Positions 61,147 through 64,000 of a stretch of DNA of 64,000 nt are shown one piece after another. The stretch comes from Macrostomum hystrix (lineage: Eukaryota > Animalia > Platyhelminthes). The notes beneath the pieces are model-generated. The model was not told the DNA's origin. It was given only the letters and a program-made list of their open reading frames with translations, and searched no databases. Numbering within the stretch: the stretch's first letter is position 1; each line of letters starts with the position of its first letter. A program made the position numbers and the translations under genes. The stretch is from NCBI GenBank assembly GCA_950097015.1, contig CATNEN010000003.1:7998001-8062000 (forward strand), given 5' to 3'.

Positions 61147-62280
61147 AGGATGTAACTGTTTGTGATGAGGATGTAGCTGTTTGTTATGAGGATGTAACTG
61201 TTTGTTATGAGGATGTAACCTTTTGTCATGAGGATGTAACTGTTTGTTATGAGGATGTAGCTGTTTGTTATGAGGATGTAGCTGTTTGTTATGAGGATGT
61301 AGCTGTTTGTTATGAGGATGTAATTGTTTGTTATGAGGATGTAGCTGTTTGTTATGAGGATGTAATTGTTTGTTATGAGGATGTAGCTGTTTGTTATGAG
61401 GATGTAACTGTTTGTCATGAGGATGTAACTGTTTGTTATGAGGATGTAGCTGTTTGTTATGAGGATGTAACTGTTTGTTATGAGGATGTAACCTTTTGTC
61501 ATGAGGATGTAACTGTTTGTTATGAGGATGTAGCTGTTTGTTATGAGGATGTAGCTGTTTGTTATGAGGATGTAGCTGTTTGTTATGAGGATGTAATTGT
61601 TTGTTATGAGGATGTAGCTGTTTGTTATGAGGATGTAACTGTTTGTTATGAGGATGTAACCTTTTGTCATGAGGATGTAACTGTTTGTTATGAGGATGTA
61701 GCTGTTTGTTATGAGGATGTAGCTGTTTGTTATGAGGATGTAGCTGTTTGTTATGAGGATGTAGCTGTTTGTTATGAGGATGTTGCTGTTTGTTATGAGG
61801 ATGTAACTGTTTGTTATGAGGATGTAGCTGTTTGTTATGAGGATGTAACTGTTTGTTATGAGGATGTAGCTGTTTGTGATGAGGATGTAGCTGTTTGTTA
61901 TGAGGATGTAACTGTTTGTTATGAGGATGTAGCTGTTTGTTATGAGGATGTAACTGTTTGTCATGAGGATGTAGCTGTTTGTCATGAGGATGTAGCTGTT
62001 TGTTATGAGGATGTAGCTGTTTGTTATGAGGATGTAACTGTTTGTTATGAGGATGTAGCTGTTTGTTATGAGGATGTAGCTGTTTGTTATGAGGATGTAA
62101 CTGTTTGTTATGAGGATGTAGCTGTTTGTTATGAGGATGTAGCTGTTTGTTATGAGGATGTAGCTGTTTGTTATGAGGATGTAGCTGTTTGTTATGAGGA
62201 TGTAGCTGTTTGTTATGAGGATGTAGCTGTTTGTTATGAGGATGTAATTGTTTGTCATGAGGATGTAATTGTTTGTGATG
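61147..62280 (+). repeat. 21-bp intronic minisatellite (~54 copies)
   Basis: Unit GAGGATGTA(G/A)CTGTTTGTTAT. Lies in the SLC4 intron about 55 nt from the acceptor at 61091. Confidence 0.96.
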
Positions 62281-64000
62281 ACGGTTCGGTTTCTTTAGCT
62301 AAGATGAAATTTAGATTTGTGTGTCATTGCTTTCGATTGAAATTTCAATTCAATAAATACAGTAGAGGCTGAGCTATTTCTAGACTTTAACAAATCAAAT
62401 TCCGTGCTAAGCCTGGGGCTTTGGTTAATCTACTTAGGTTACATGCACTTCCACTGAGTGCTCAGTTCGGAAACTGTCTCCCAAGTGCAAAAGCCATTAG
62501 ACACGCTTTTTTTCGACCCCATGATATGAGACCGAAACCTCCTATAATATATATGTTTAGTCCACTTCGCGAGGGCTGCACTACAGTGTAGGAGGGGGAG
62601 TAGAAAAAATTAGGTTACAGTCGCTATGCGGATGAAATCTCGCATGTGCATGCATGTCCTACTGGTCACTCTAAACTTAGAGGCTGGGCCTTGTGTGTGG
62701 GCGGAATGCCGCATCATCGCTTGCGCCCGCCAACCCTGGGGACAGGCTTCAGCGCGACACTCTTGAGATGGCACTCGTCTCCATCGAGCAAATCATCTTC
62801 CTCATCCGTGTATAAGGAGGACAAATTTCCTGCACCCCCACGACATGTAGGACACAGGACACATAGTTCATCGGTCCCGCAATCTCGTTGTGGACTATAG
62901 CAACTACTGGCTGCACGAGATGACAACTGAATAATTTGAATGCTAATTGCGAAAGAAAGGCATTAAGCATGGTGGCCACCAAGCTTGCAGAATTTCTGAT
63001 CCATTTCCAATGCCTCCACAGCAGTTCCACCAAACTGTATAGAGAACGAAGTCATCACAATCTCACTTGGCTGACAGAAATGACTGAATCACTGGCTCAT
63101 GTACTGATACAAACATATACAGACGCAAACTGTAGAACAGTTACTGACTAATTCTCTGTTTTACGATTGGGAATACTTTCTTTAAGCGTGGAAGAAATCG
63201 TTCAAGAGTACCCATCACTAAAAAGTGCTCGTGTACTTTTGGCTCTCAAGAATTCTACACCAGAAGTAGGTTTAGGACATCCTGTGCAATACAGAAAACT
63301 TCAACCGCACTTTTCTGATCTCCTTCTGCACATGTACTCTTTTAGCCAATTCAAGTTGCCTTGTTCCAGTCTCTCCTTTTAAATCCCATCTTTATTTCTC
63401 ATTGCTAGCTGTCGATTTCGATCCGACCCCTTGTGTGCTACTAAGTTTTCCGTTCAAACGCAATGGCTCTAGCAGACGGGGCAAGGAATTGGGCTACATT
63501 TTTAAACTAGAAGATTCTGGAAGGAAACAGACGAGGTTAAATTGTTTCGATTCCAAAAGTGAAAATAATTTGTTAAAATAAATATAGAAGCATGTCTGAT
63601 TGGTTGCTTCATGATAAATAGACGAAAAGAAAATGAAGATCAATTAATTATTCGCAAATGAAGTTTTCTAAAATTCGTTGAAAAACACGATTTGCGAGAT
63701 ATAGTAGAAGAAAAGCATTGATGTGAAAGAATGTGAAAAACGTGTAAATTTCCTATCCCGCTAGTGCATTTTTCTGTGAAAATCAGCCTTTAATAAAATT
63801 TTTCTAAGAAACGAAGTGTTCCGTCCTTCTTCCTCTTGTGGTCCTTGTGCCTGACGATGAGAAAAACAGGGCAGATGTACACACCTCACTGGCTACGGGT
63901 CTACCGTCACAAAATGATGTACCAGTACCTTCTGCAGCTATTATTATTATTTTTATAAATGAAATCGATTTAATACACTTAAGATTTACAATCATCCAAT

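Noticed and set aside
61134-62258. 374-aa (ITNSYIL)n ORF
   Set aside because: By-product of a 21-bp (3n) intronic minisatellite lacking stops in one frame. No unique sequence or splice support.
62300-64000. Further SLC4 exons or a gene in the short ORFs here
   Set aside because: No SLC4 motifs or recognisable domains. Probably intron with decayed repeats.

Overview
Eukaryotic, intron-rich animal DNA. Short GT-AG introns, tRNA-derived SINEs and satellites suggest an invertebrate; a free-living flatworm such as Macrostomum is only a guess. The main discovery is a minus-strand cluster of previously unannotated multi-exon receptor genes, reconstructed by hand from splice sites. Gene A (21098-29116, 24 exons, ~1361 aa) and gene B (31632-39568, 24 exons, ~1315 aa) each encode a signal peptide, an F-type-lectin-like domain, 10 atypical Ig-like domains, a TM helix and a Tyr-motif tail. 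They share a near-identical ectodomain block including introns, but have unrelated signal exons, membrane-proximal domains, TMs and tails. The A tail carries YQNL, TEYATV and TLYLPI (ITIM/ITSM-like); the B tail is short and ends NTVYYYEE. This looks like a Siglec-like paired-receptor system built on a fucolectin-type head. A 5' pseudogene (6.5-7.8 kb) and orphan fragments (41.4, 44.0-44.7, 46.4-48.0, 48.4 kb) complete the cluster. The window also holds an inverted pair of PAN/apple + C-type lectin genes, the last 8 exons of an SLC4A11-like transporter, a 9.2-kb two-monomer 23-bp satellite, 43-bp and 21-bp minisatellites, and many transposons (deleted Ty3/gypsy with TSD, a young TRIM-like LTR element, Merlin, MULE-like MITE, Crypton, LINE and SINE remnants).
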